The notes: generated by a model from the letters alone, not told the origin. 64,000 nucleotides of DNA from Stylophora pistillata (GCF_002571385.2 NW_019217939.1:1-64000), one strand, 5' to 3'. Shown: positions 10,123 through 24,420, numbered from the stretch's first letter. Program-made: numbers and translations.

Positions 10123-11244
10123 CTTGATTAAATGGGATTTAGGTTGTCTCATTTATTTCATATCTCTGCTTAAGTTATATTGTTAAAACTCGCCCCGTAT
10201 ATGCAAATGAAAGCCTGTCGGACAGGTAACTGTCGGCCTCACCCCATTGTAAGTTCTCCCCTTACGGATTCTGCAATTGCCAAAATTTTTTGTAAATGCA
10301 CTCAATCCGTTTGAATATCGAGCAATTGTGAAATCGCTTTGTTTTCAAATGATTGCTTTGCGTAGTCGTGATAATATACAATTGACAAATGAAGATTAAA
10401 CACCGCCCATAGACAGAATTTACAGCTTTGCAGTCCTTAATCTTAAGAATTTTAGCTCCTATTAGACTTAAACTCCCTGATTGGTGACTTCTAGTCAGCG
10501 AGCTTTGTATGACAGACAAAACTCATCATCCATCAAATATGCATTTCTCTAATCAATCCAACCCTGTTCACTGATTTTACAGTTGAAGATGTGTTTGCCC
10601 AAAATTAATCGATTTTGGCTCATCAAACGCGTTTTCGAGAGTCACACGGAGGAGATAAAAAAAAATGGAAAGGTTAGATATGTCTTGTTCGCCAGCTTTT
10701 TTTGCCGCAAAAAAAAAGAACGAGGGTTTTATCCAGCTATCTTGACCAAGAGGATTTTCTTTCTAGAGCAAAAGGATTTCGCTTTAATAACAATCTAGGA
10801 TGACTTGTTAAGTTCGAGAGCCAAGAAAGAAAGCCAACTGTATTCAAAGCACACTAAACTCTTAAGGGTCGTTTATATCTCCTTTGTTTGGAGTCTTGTG
10901 CCTCTTTTCGCGGCTTCATCGCCGACATTGGGCAAACGTCACGAGTTTTGTGGGTCCGCTCCACGAATTATGATTTTCTTGCGCGGTATAAAAGCGCGCA
11001 ATCTCGAGCGGAAAAGATGGGTACATCTTCCCTGCTAATCCAAAGCAGCGCCGAAAACTCGTAACCCGAGTTTCAAATAACACTCACGCAACTCGCGTGA
11101 GCGTAATTACACTCGCAAACTTATTACACTCACAACTCGATCTGTCCGGAAACAGCATAAATAACGGCCTTCCTGAATAATTTCTTACGGTTTTATCTAT
11201 TGACAAAATATAACTTTTTCTTTCTATTTAGTACTTAGGTGGTA

Positions 11245-11662
11245 GATTAGTGCATATCAGCGACATGTCGACCAGAACCTCACGCTATGATGATAACTGT
11301 ACGCTGTCCTTGGTATAACCATGACACAGAAGGTGGAAAAACTTTTATTTTTACAACCGCAAAACTTTGGAACTCTCTACCTATTAATATAAGATCTAGC
11401 ACCAGTATTCACGCATTCAAACAGAACTATTGTAATTTTATAAAGAAAGGTTATGCTGGCTTAGAAAGCTTTCCCATTTTATAACTTTTTCTATCCTCTG
11501 ACCCCTTTTTAAAATTACATTTAGTACTACTATTTTTACCATTTTTAACCACTTTTACCTTTTTAATTCTAGTAATTAGTTTTATATTTTAGGGGCGATC
11601 AGCAGACGAGCTATGATTCCTTGGTTGTAAAGATACTTAACGTATCAATAAAACTAACAAAA
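11245..11662 (+). mobile_element. 5'-truncated LINE (L2/Crack/CR1 group): ORF2 C-terminus and 3' UTR
   Basis: GGKTFIFTTAKLWNSLPINIRSSTSIHAFK motif typical of L2/CR1-group ORF2 ends, followed by a T-rich UTR and an AATAAA/A-rich tail. Confidence 0.75.
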
Positions 11663-12236
11663 TATAATTGACCAATCCTAATGAAGAGTTGTATCACACC
11701 TACTATATTGATCTTAGCCATACGCATTGATGTGTTCGTCCCTTCGGAGGTGCAATTTAAGGTATCTTAAAGTCCCTTCTTCGGACTGCTCCACGTTTGA
11801 GAACATCCAGATTTATCCTTCAAAAGTTTGTATAAAAATGACTAACTTTGTAACGAAACGACTTTTTACATCTATAGAAACGACTTTATCGATGCATCGA
11901 ATCGACTGTGTCGATGTTATCGAATCTACTGGTCCCCAGAGAAAACAATATTATTTAGTTTGGTAAAAGGTTTAGTACTTAATCTTTAAAGAATTAAAGT
12001 GTTCGACGAATGAACGCAAGTTATAGTAATAACTGTATGTATGCCGATACTTATTTTTCATCTGGACAATAAGAATATTAAACAAGCGAGAGTTCATAAT
12101 TATAAAAAAATACATTAAGAACTGTGATCGTTACTGAAGTTACTTAAATTCAAGAGTGTCGGAGTTCATCTCAACCCTCAGCTCATCTAGAAAACAAATC
12201 AAGTGCCGTGCCTCTGAGATTGATATATTTTGGTAG

Positions 12237-12361
12237 GAATTAAATACCACTACAGATAACAGACCCTACGATGGAACCGAGTTCGATTTACGTATTAAAT
12301 ACAGATAACAGAATTAAATACAGATAACAGACCCTACGATGGAACCGAGTTCAATTTACGT
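12237..12361. repeat. Local tandem duplication (tacagataacagaccctacgatggaaccgagttc x2)
   Basis: Direct repeat of ~42 nt with a partial third copy in between. Confidence 0.85.
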
Positions 12362-15023
12362 TTCCAATAGGTAATCGCTAGATGTCGGGAGAATTCCTTA
12401 GATAAAAAACTGTATTCATCATTAACATGGTGAGCCAGCAAGATATTTGGGAGTGTGGGAGGGAGGAAAAATAGTCCTGACAAGAGAGCAGAGTTGCTTG
12501 TCTCGTTCGTGTAAGAATAAAGATAGAGATCACGTTCAACGACCACCTATTCTAATGGGAAAGTTCCCTCTGATTGAAAGGTTATAGAATTCTCAGGTGA
12601 GGTCATCTGAAAAGTCAGTGATCGAATGTGTTGGCAAGGCTGACTCAAAGCCTAAACAGAAACTTACTTGTTGATTAACAAATGTATTTTCTATTTTCAA
12701 TACATTATGATACAATACTCAAGGTCATTTTATTCATGACGATGATTAGCTTCGACAATGTTGAATCAGTGAAGGCGTTTGAAGCAATCTTTCCATAGTA
12801 CACTCCACGTTTGGTAACTAGCCATTCTTTACTTGAAAATCAACATAAAGGGCGGGTCTTGGAAAATCTTACGGGGCTAAAAGAAGTTATGGAGTCAAAG
12901 CGAATGTATACATGAAGGACACTGTTTGCTTTTTCATGTTATTAATGACAGGTCTGTCTCATGGACGTTTTATTGCATAAATTGTGGCGGCAATTTTCTG
13001 TAAACGTGCGCCTTCGTATTTGAATTCTAATGACTTAATACAAAAGCAATACAGCTGTCACGAAGGAAAAGAAAATGGACAAAAGAACAATTCACCATCT
13101 TTGACCTCCATGGTATCTTCTTCGATCGCGATTTCGACTTTTCAGCGCTCCTAATTCATACACAATTTATCAACTTTACCAAAGTTCATTTAGTGAAGCT
13201 GTGACTTTGCCTTTTAATTGTGAGGGTTTCAATGGGTTGACGGCTATCGTATTCAAATTCAAGGCGAATATCTATTGTTTGAGTTCGTCAATGTATTTAC
13301 GAAATCTTTGATGGAATGAATCTTACCAAGGATGTGGACTGAGGTTGATTTTCCTCAAATAACTACCCAACACTATTTGCGTCTCTCGTGTTTTTAATGA
13401 ACAAACATCGTTTCAACATCATTTAAAGCCAACAATACTTTAAACAAGAGTATAAAAATAACTTTGCATTTCTGTAACTACTAACTAATATACATGTATC
13501 TGAGGACACTATGTTACATTGCTTAGAGTCCTGTAAAAATATTTCATCTTTACTCATTTAGGGAAGGAAGAAAATCGATTACTTCTGATTAAAGAGTCTG
13601 AATGAACCATTTCGTTTTAAATGTCACGTCAAACTTCTTAAAAAGGATTTCTAGCATGTAATTCAGATATGAGAAAGGCAGATTTGCCACAAAAGGTTGC
13701 TTGTTGTAAGGCCTCTTCGTTACAATGTGACTTATTTTTGTATTGACAACTGTACTTGTTGACAAATTTATGAATAGCGACCGGAATACAGAGAGCCTTA
13801 CAAGTTCATCATGATAAAATCAGTAAACTTATGTTAAGATAAATCATCTAACTTGAAATGTTCTCCACTGAAGGCACGGCCCTACCTTATGAACCGTGAC
13901 CAATGTTTACCAGGAATCTGGTTACTTTCGGCGAACGAGCTTATGGATATTCATATAAATAATGGTATGAATGTTCTTCAATATAATTTAACAAGTACAT
14001 TGCTGTATAGAAATTGCAGGTCGTGTAAAATAAACCGCTGCGAAGCGCTAAAAAGTGCTTTGAACGTATTGCGTTGAGAAGGGAGGGGGGAGATGATATA
14101 CAAAATTAGAAACCAAGTATTCATCTCTATATACAAGACCATCTGTGGAAAAAATATATTACTTATAAAAGGTTCTTTCCAAACGGAGGTAATCACAGCC
14201 ATTGCCCTTTAACTGTGATTGTGACCTAAAAATAAGAGAATAAAAACTTTGTGAAGCCAAATTTTCCTTTCAGCAGCAGCAAATCACCGTGGATGCAGCT
14301 TGTGAGAAGGAATTCAGCAACAGGATTTTTTCTGAGTTCAGATAGCTGCAACTAATCAGTTAAATGGTTGCGAGAATTCTCGAAAGTTATGCAAACCCGA
14401 CCCGCACTCGAGAGTTCGCATATCTCCCTCGGGTTTTCCCACCCCCCTCGGGTTTTTCCATCCCCAGGTACTTTTTTTAGTTACCATTCTCTGGTCCAAA
14501 CACAGCTGTCGACCTTACAGAACGCATGTCAAATTTCATTCCCCTCATAAAGATATATACCCCAAAACGGGTAACATGATTATGGTCTCACAAGACAAAC
14601 TTACTCCAAAACAAAATACGTCGCACTAGCCAAGTGGCCAAAAACGACAAGAGAGATTGTTTAAGTTTCCGCGACATCACATTGCGAAGAACTCCCCTAG
14701 ATGGCTATTCGTCGTATTAGGGGTTTACCCGCCCCCACCCCCTTCTGCCTCTCTCTTCTCCGCCATCCAGCAGTTTTGTCAAGTTTCTCTGAAAGATCAC
14801 CAGTACCCATTTAGAATCGTAAGAGGAGAGGGGTAACGTAAGGGGTACTGTAAGAGCTCTTTATATCGCCCAAGAAAACCAAAATGCAAACAAGCCCTGG
14901 AAATCTGGGGGAAATCTTTCTCTCTCCTCATTTGAAGATTTCAAGAAGGATAAGTAAAGTACTTGCTTGAAATCCAAACGCGATAAAAACTTACCAACGA
15001 TTTAAATGTTATGCCGGGATGAA

Positions 15024-15110
15024 TTAATTCGTTTCAGCTGCTGTCGCGGCACTGGAGCGAGGACTGGGAATCGCTAGATCCAAGATCCACGTCATACAGC
15101 AGTGGAGTGC
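15024..15110 (-). CDS. Nesprin-like putative last coding exon (ALHCCMTWILDLAIPSPRSSAATAAETN*)
   Basis: tttgtctag|GCA phase-0 acceptor; TAA at 15026-15024; donor TG|gtaagt at 14995/14994. Confidence 0.55.
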   Translation of the reverse strand, partial: ALHCCMTWILDLAIPSPRSSAATAAETN

Positions 15111-18100
15111 CTAGACAAACACAGAGCGAACGCACAAAACATTATAGATTTATAGGCGTATTTGTGACATGCGCAGACGTTATTCAGTGCTGCCCTCTAT
15201 TTTCAAACCCATTGTCAGCCCTGATCAAGATTTAAATATTACCTGTTGCCATCTGGAGTTAAGTTCGTCCATCGCCTGTTGTACTGGTTGGAATTCCGAC
15301 GAGGAACAATACTCTCGCATGGCTTTTCCTTGGTGTAGCAAAGTTCTAAGCTTCGCATAGTTCATATTGATGAGTCTTTGTAAGCCCTAAAAGGATTCAA
15401 AACTAAGTTGAGATAAAAGTGTGGATCATGTTGTCTACTACATTTTTATCGTTATCAACCAAACCATTGTTGAAAAGCCCGCAGTACGTGTCTGAAGCTA
15501 TGCAAGATCTGCTATATAACATCGGCTCCTTTAGCAAATGACTTCAAAAGTCAGAACAAACTTATCTGCGGCTCTGTATAACATTCTGACCTAAGCGTCA
15601 GCTCTAGAGAATAATTAAAAGCACCACATAAAAACAAAACAAACAAACGAAAATAAAAAGCAAAAAAAAAAAAAAACCTTCGAGTACCGTTCATTTAAAA
15701 GAATCAAAAACTTAAAAATGTAAACATGGCTTGGTAAATATCCATCATTACTTACTTCCACTCCGGTGTATAATTATTAATCAACTAATATTGTACAACA
15801 CTAGGGGAGAGACCATTAAAAGTAAGTTAATACTTCAAATAAATGAAGCCCTAATACCTTAAGTTTTTCAAGCTGAACTCTCGGCTCCGCCTCCGAAGTA
15901 TAAGGATCGAGGGTAATCAGCTTGAGTTCCGCTTCCGTTAAAAAGCTGTACACCTCCTGCCGAAGGGTTTCAAATTTTTCCACCTTGTCCGACAACTTGC
16001 TATAGAGATGGAGACGATTTTCTACGCGACTAAAAATCGCTCCCCACCGGCTCTGTATTGACTCCACCCCAACTCTGACATCGGAAGCAGAAGTAGTATT
16101 GGCTTCCAGCAGCAGGTATTTACTCCGCTTGATGATACGCTCCATCTGCGGACGATGCGAATTGACGTCTTTCAGAAATACCTGGAGGAGAATCAAAGAG
16201 AATTATTTTGCGTATCCTAACTTGCTCTAGAAACGACGGGTTTCAAAACAATGGACACGATAGGGCCGGTTATTTGTACGAGATCTAACAGAAACCACGG
16301 TTTTACGCAGTCAGAGGGCCTGAGGCTTTCTCTATAAGAGGGTTGAATTGATTAAATAAATGTCCTTCCACTGTTAGCTTTCGGCCCTCTTGACGATGTC
16401 CACAAAAATAAAATATTCAGATAATCAGATAAAAGGTCGTGCTAAATTGAGGATTGTTTAGGACGCAATTTTGTTGAATAACGGCTAAACTTTGTTTATA
16501 TAATCAGACCTATAAGTCGAGTACAACTCTGAAAAAAAAAATAAATAAATATAGGCTGATTATAATCTTACACAATAATCTGGATTCCAACCTTTAGGCT
16601 AGCCTTACCTCAAACCTTTTGAATTTACTCTTTGAGACCTCCAATCCTGATGACATTGCTTCCTCAGATTTTGTAACAGATGCTTCTGTCAGGTCAATCC
16701 ACTCCACAAACTTCTCATATTCGTTCCAAAACTCTCTGCATAGCACCATTCTCTCTTCCGCTTGCCTTCTTTTCGCTGACACAGTGTGGCGAGCATTTAT
16801 CCAGCGGTTTTCAAAACTCTCTTTAGTCCTCTGGAGACTTTGACGATCCTCTTCTGAAGGGCAAGCCATGCGATCCCGGCGAAGTTTCTAGAAATTAATG
16901 AGACATACATTTTGTTATAATCACTGACCACAATACTGTGCGGGGGACTTTACCAGACTGCCAGTGGCAGTTTACAATGAACAAAGGCGAATTATTTACA
17001 GATGCCCCCTACCCCCAATTGCTGTAGCCAGGCCAGACCACATCTCGGGATCTCGTGATGTGCGTTCTTTAACGTCCCCTGCCTAATCAAATTATCTAAT
17101 TAAAGATGCAGGGAGACGGGACCTACGGTTTATTCGTCCTTATCCGAGAAGACTACAATGTCCGTCCATTTCTTGATATTATAGAAGGTTAGCACATTCT
17201 TCTCAGTTATTTTAAGACTATGAGTGTTGGTCCGGCCGGAGCTCGAACCCTCGACCTCCCGCACAACAGTCCAGCGCTCTAACCAGTTGAGCTAACCGGG
17301 AGGCGGTTAGCTCAATCTCTATAGAGGTTCTGCATGGCAGCCATGTTGAATGGCAGGAACAATCAAAATACTTTGCATAAGAAAGAAAATGTTTTCCCAT
17401 GGGAAAAATAATATATTGTTCCTGCCATGCAACATGGCTGTTGTGCAAAAGCTCTATACGGTGGATCGCGCGCTATGTTTGTTGACACATCCGCTGGGCC
17501 CAGAAGGTTGGTAAGAGGTCAATCACAAGTTATTATTGAATAATAGAACCTATTTTCATTCAAAGAATACCTCACACAATCGGAGAACCGTTTGTACGTC
17601 AGTGGCGCGTCGTTCTACATCTGTTTCAGTATCCTACAAATTAAAATGAACTGTTCATTCGCACATCCTTAAGTGAAATTAATTCAGTCGCTCAGATTCA
17701 TGTTACGGCTTGCGGTAGTTGACAAGTTTTCTTTAAAACACATGTTTAGCCTTACATACCACTCACTGGAATGGAATTACATTCAAACCTATAAAGGGTT
17801 CTGTGATAAGTCTGTTGGTTAAGTCACCTAACCTCCATTTTCAAACCTGACTTACCAAGTTTTGGGCAGATTTAACCCCTGAAAACTTTTTCCGTGGCAA
17901 GTATTGACAAGCGCCGACAAAACATTTCTCCGTGTTTATTTCTCTTTCATACTGCCAAAAACATGTCAAAATAAATTTTTCTTGCAAATTTGCAATGGCA
18001 AACTTAAAATATATTTTCAATTGCACAGAGATAGAAAGGTTGCCAAGCGAACGCTTCTTGAAAAGTTTGGGAAGGAAAAACTTCTTGCATTTTCTAAAAT

Positions 18101-21100
18101 GCACTGTCTGCCGAAATTGTGCTACTCCAAATGCGACTTCATTTCAGTCTGTTTTCAGATTAAAAAGGAATGCTTATTACTGTACGACACAAGGTCGTGA
18201 CAATCGACAGAAACAGAGAAAAAGGTGGTTCCGGACATTTTGATAATTACCTTCATTTCCTTCACTTTCCTTTGAAGCTCGGAAACAACACAGGAGCTTA
18301 CGACAGAAAATTCCCTCAATTTCGTCTCTACTTCAGCCATCCATGTGTTGAGTTGCTTGAGTTGAATCTCCAATAGTTTCAACCCGTACCTGGTTTCCTC
18401 TGCCTTCTTGTATGTGATTCCCAACTGCTGACACAAAGCGCGCCAGCGGTCATTCAGGTTTTTCTGTTTCTCAGCAACTGCACCTGCGTAAGGCGTACCA
18501 CCCGCCTTGCTTATGACGTAGTACGCACTTTCGTTCAGAGTCGACCTGGTGTTCTCGTGACCTTCTATGTCAGCTACATAAACCTGTGTAGATAAAAAAT
18601 GCAATGGTTAACTTCCATGCTAAGGGAACCATGCCACAGTTTCACAAAGTTTCTCATAAGGAGCTTTCCTCGAGGTGAAGATGGTAAAATAAGGCAAGTT
18701 TTTCCACGGCAGGTGATCTCTGAGGTGGCAAGAAAGAGAATGCAGCTTCAAAGTGGTACAGCTTTGGAAATAGTCTCTGTGAAATGTAAAGTATTATCAA
18801 ATACCATTTTGAAGAAAAATAACTTTTGTTTACAAAATGATTGTTATCATCGCCACACAGCATTCTCTAGTGCTTGACTTGCATCATATCCACTACAAGC
18901 ATGCAAATAAATCTGTTCCCGACTGGAATCTGCGACATTATCACCTTGCCGACTGAGGCAAATAGACAAACGAGCCAAACGTCTAAGACATCAAACCTGA
19001 AAGACGGTATCTCCTTGATCATCCGGGATACTGAGAAACGACTCTTCAAGTTCACGTGTTACCGACGACTCAATATTAACCAACCAATCAGAGAGGGCTT
19101 CATGCAGTTGACTAAACTGTTGGAAATGTCTTAAGATCTCAGCCAAGGACTGCATGGAACTTGACAGTAGGTGACAAACGCTTCCCCAAAGAGTGGTCAT
19201 GGAGGCAACTTGTTTCTTGATCCGTTCTGAGTCGTACTGATCCGTTGATTTCGAAAGCTCTTCCGCACGCCAGCTGATTTTATCCAGCTGAGGTTTCCGT
19301 TCATCGATCTCTCCGGCGATAGCCTATGGATGGTAAATAGAACTTGTTGCCTAAAACTTACGAACTCTTTAATTCCCAAAAATGTAACTGTTCCTCAAAA
19401 CATCAATAAATCATTCTACATGGCTAGTAAGTTGAAAAGTTAGTGTCGAGCCCTGATGTATGCTGTTGCTAATAAATAAATAAATAAATGAAAAGTTTCT
19501 TTGCATCTAAACGACTGATATGATAAATAAGTCGGTCTGCGAAAACGCTGCATCATAGGTGGAGTATGAAGGGAACTTTCTCGTTTCGGTACTATTTCCC
19601 TCAGTTTGAGGTTTCCCTCACACTTGCACGTGCTAGAATGATGGCCTACCGTAAATTGTGTGTCAAAAGGCTTCTGGACCTCAAAGCTAGAAACGCATGT
19701 CGAAATACGCATCAACGTTCCATTAAGAATGCTCAATATTACACTTGATGTAGTTACCTTCATGGCGCCTAGCTCCCTCTCAACGTCACGAACTGTTAGG
19801 GCCTTGGACTGAGCTCTGAGTACTTTCTCCTTCTCTCTCAACCACACCATCAGGTTCTCAGTGAGTGACGTGTACTCCTGCCAATCTTTTAGTGAAAGCT
19901 CTAATTGTTGCTGGTTGCTTGTCACACGATTTGTTATCATTGTCCATTGCCTCGTTACCTTGTCGAGTTCTCTGGCGGCTTTGTTACCTAAACTTCCTGG
20001 AGTTTCTTCGATTATCAGCTGACCAGTAGAGCAGAAGTTGTTGTACTCTGGTCTGTGAGCATTGATCTCCTTTTGGCACATCTAGAAGTATAAAAACAAC
20101 TTTTTGGCAAAACCATTACTTCCATTTTCAGGTTGCCACGTTAAGTGTTTAGAATGATAACGCGCTATGCTAAGTCAGGCAAACAAGAGTAGAGAGATGG
20201 TTTCCAGATAAGAGTTGACCACTACTATCTGACTGCGTGTTATGCTGTTGATAATTACTTCGGGATATTCCCTTTCGCTGGAAGGAAAACTTTAGGGTTG
20301 CTGGAACAGAAATGCGCCAAAGAGGTAACGGAATGATCCTCGAAGGTGAAATGCAATTAATGAAAATTCAGATATTTTCCTTATTTCAGTTGATCTAAGT
20401 GGATAATTTTGTTACCTGTTATCACCCACAGGTTAGACAGGGCTCGACACTAACGGTAGCCAACTAGCCACAGACTAGTAGAAATTCAGTTTTGGCTAGT
20501 GGTTTTTTATTTCCACTAGCCAGTTTGGCTAGTAAACAAACTGAAATTGTTGTAACATCTAAGTTGTCACTAACCATTTGGCTAGTAAGTTGAAAAGTTA
20601 GTGTCGAGCCCTGAACTTTTTAGACTTAATTCATTTCATTGGATACGCAATCTTCTTTGTTTTAGTGGATTGCCCTTTGGGGGATCATTTCGTTCCTTCT
20701 TATCATCCGCAAGTTAAACTACGATTATGTCTTTATACTAGCAGCAAACGCCTGAGGGCTATAGAAAAGAGTAACAAAAGTGACAAGAATAGTAAAATGT
20801 GGAAAAGTTCGGTATGGATTTGAAAATTTTGTTTCAACATCGTTACCTTGACATGTTCAAAGTGGACCTTCATTTGTTGAATGCTCGCGGACGATGGAAC
20901 TGTAAATCCGCTGTGCGTTTCAATTCCATCCATCCACTTTATCAAAGCTGAACTCACACATTGGAATTCTTTCAATCTTTCATTCTGCCGACCAACTTGC
21001 TCTTTGTGTTCATCTGCTCTCTTCAGCACAGAGCTCCATAATTGACGTACGTGCGACATATTATCATCAAGTCGTGTCTTGTAATTGCTCCCTGTGAGCA

Positions 21101-24100
21101 CATCTTGATCAAGATCTTCTGACTGACGAAGCAAAGAGTCGAAATCCAGACGGTATTTTTCGAAGTTGGTTTGGAAATCCTACAAAAAAAGACAACACAA
21201 AGGAATTAAATAAAAAGCGTCGTTTAACAGAAAAAAATGCAAATGTAAGAAGTTGGATGACGCCTGAGATTCTTGCTAACTAGCAAATAATAATGATAAC
21301 GACAATGACGGCCCTGTCAACCATTAAACTACCAAAACAAAGCCATCTAAACAACAAACAAAAAAAGAAAAGGGGTGAAAAAGCAACTTTGAGATTATCA
21401 AGGAACTTGCTCCCGATACTGGGACGAGCAAACAAGAATGACTGAATCAACGAAAATAATAACAAAAATAACAATAAAACAATGACAGCCGCAGCAGAAC
21501 ATAGACAGATAAAATACTCACCTCTACACGATCATGATTAAGAGCCATATCTGTCTGATCAAGGCTCGTGTTCTCCGTTCCTCGCAGAACAGTTTGTAAG
21601 ACAGCACAGATTTTCTGGTGTTCTTGATCAAATTCCACTTGTCTTTTGATCGCCCGTTTGTTACCTTCAATTGAAGACGAAAGTTTTCTTCTGAACTGAT
21701 CCCAGCGTTCCTCGAGCTGGGCTACTTGATTTTTCATCTCTTGAAATTCTTTCTGGTGAGTTCCATTTATCATATCATCGATGCCACTGTTCAATAACTC
21801 CAGCCTGTGATTCGATTCGTCGAGATCTTTTAAAAGTTCCTAATCACACCAAAAAAATGTCAAAAGTTCAGACGTGTGAGAATTTCTATGTGTTTTGTCT
21901 TCCGTTGCACAAAAGACTTTTTTTTCATCATGACATAGGCTCCTTTCGTTAGTAAAGGATCAGTATCATTTCTCTAGATCTAAAACCTTGATATGATGTA
22001 AATACTATATTTTAAATAGTGAAATATAGAGGTTTTGCACAGCAGCCATGTTGGATGGCAGGAACAATAGATTAATTTACCCCATGGGAAAAAAAATTCT
22101 ATCTTATGCGAAATAATTTCATTGTTCCTGCCATCCAACATGGCTGCTGTGCAAAACCTCTATTGGGTGGCCATAAAAAACACACGGGAAATCATTAAAG
22201 CTTCACTTTTTATCTTTTCCTTGTCTTATTAATGTCTCCTAATTTATTTCTATCATTCAAGAAGTGGAATCAGCAAAATAGAAAAAAAAAGAAATTATGA
22301 GATTACAGACTTGTTAAGCAGGAGTAGGGCGAGCTCACCTCTTGTAACTCCAGTCTCTCAGAATTCTCGAAATCTCTCTCGTTAATGACTTTTGTTTCAG
22401 CTTCATCAAGCCACGTGACTAGGCTGTTAACCGACTCTTGTAGTTGCGTGAAGCTGCGCGTGGCTGACGCAATCCTGTAAATGGGACCGAAATAAGAATG
22501 ACAAAAATTTACTTGCTAGAATCTGATAATTTCGAGAGAAAAAGAACATTCTCCATACGAGGGGAGGGGGATGTGGAGTAGGATTTTAAGAGTGGAGGAG
22601 CAGTGGCCCGCTGCCAGTGTTACCCGATGCCAAATGTGGTTTGGGTTCAACTGGCCCTTGCTGAAAGGGTTCTTTCGATCCCGCAAAAAAGCATATGCTG
22701 ATTTCTTTTATCTTTCCAACGATAGAGAGGCAATAGTAGTAATGATAAAAGAGAAAAGCTACGCACTGCTCGTGTTTGGTTTGGAGCTGTTCCTCAAACG
22801 AGGAAAATGACTGGTTGACTTCATTCCTGAGCGGCGTGATGTGATTGGCTCCTGAATTGATCTTTTCTTTCAGTGAGTTTGCCATCGTGTTAATCGACGC
22901 CAGCCAATCACGGTGAAGTTCTAAATCCTGCTGCATTTGCTAAAATTAATAAAACGTAGGAAATATTAGTCCTACATAAAATTTTCAAACTCAGAATTAA
23001 ATGTAGTCAAGCATTGTTTGAAAGACAGATGGTTTCTTTGTTTGCTTTGATTGGCTATACCTTACAATATGAAGAACAGGCAGTCAAAAGTGAAAGAGGC
23101 GTCTCCATAACATTTCATTTATGATTTTTTTTATTTATTTAGCTTCGCCAACCGGCAGGGACACCGCAACAGCTTGCGCCAATTACTGCGAGCCCAATAA
23201 ACCCACCCATCTCACCCCAGGGGAGGACATCCATCACACAGTAATCTCGTGTGTGGGAAATTAACGTCTCCTACCCCAAAGCAAAACAAACAAACTAATG
23301 AAGTCTTTAGGAAGTCCTTTTCTCCTAGGTCTTGACTTCATGAAAGTCAATTCTCTTGGCACCCTTTTTCTGTTTCACGGAGGGGGGAGTTTACCTTAGC
23401 GCAAGAACTAACGAGAGTTTTGTTTTGTTTGTTTGTTTGTTTTTGGCCAGTATCCGTTTTACTAGGGTTTGGTTATTTTGAACTGTTTGTATCATTTCAC
23501 ACAAGAGCTTAAAAGGGCATTCATACAATGAGCTGAATTTTCGTTACTTGACAAATAGCTAGCTGTTGTAACTGTTCCGTGAGCGACACATCCCCTGTAA
23601 CAGACTCATTGAGCACAACTGTCTGACTCTCGATCCAGGCAAGGATGTCTGCGCACGATGTCTCAAACCTCTGCCACTTCAACAAAATGTCTTCCAGTTC
23701 CTTTTCTTTCTTGATAAGACGAGAGGACACTGAACCATAGCGATCTGTCAGTAACGTAATTTCATTGGTCAGGCGTTGCGACGCCGAAGGCTCACTGTTT
23801 TGTGCCCAGTCTGTCGCTAATTCGGTTACTTCGCTCACTCGTCCACTCATCTCCCCAATGTCGACTCGCAACGCCTTCAAAGGAAAGTCAAAGTCATTAA
23901 AAATCTTCATCTTTACAACAAAACGTCTCAAGAGGCTGAGTCGATTGGAATCAAAGGAGGCCACCAGTCGAGAACTGGAGAGCACTCTCATGTGACTGCA
24001 ACGTGACCCTAAGACAAAGACTTTGCTTCAATAATATTTACAAGTATTAACGCAATTTCTGTCATTTGATATGGTCGCTGAAAGAAACAAATTTTTCGGT

Positions 24101-24354
24101 AGCATTGTTGATACCAAACCCAGATTAAAAGTACCAAGTTCCGAAGTTACTTTTTAAGACACTGAAAACGTATTAATTGTATTCAAATATATTTTCATGG
24201 TGGACAACCTCTTCTGTTCTTTCGAGTACACTACGCCAGCGGGTGCTTACATGCCTCTATGGCATCTTTTAGTTCCCATGGTCTGGTAGTCCTTACCGTT
24301 CAGTTTCATTACATATTTGTCTGTGTAGATTGCTGAGTGCAAGTGCTAAGGTGT

Positions 24355-24420
<66 letters not shown>

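Noticed and set aside
17228-17307. tRNA gene (also 57903-57981)
   Set aside because: A/B boxes are present, but the sequence continues into a shared SINE body and lacks a proper acceptor stem and terminator
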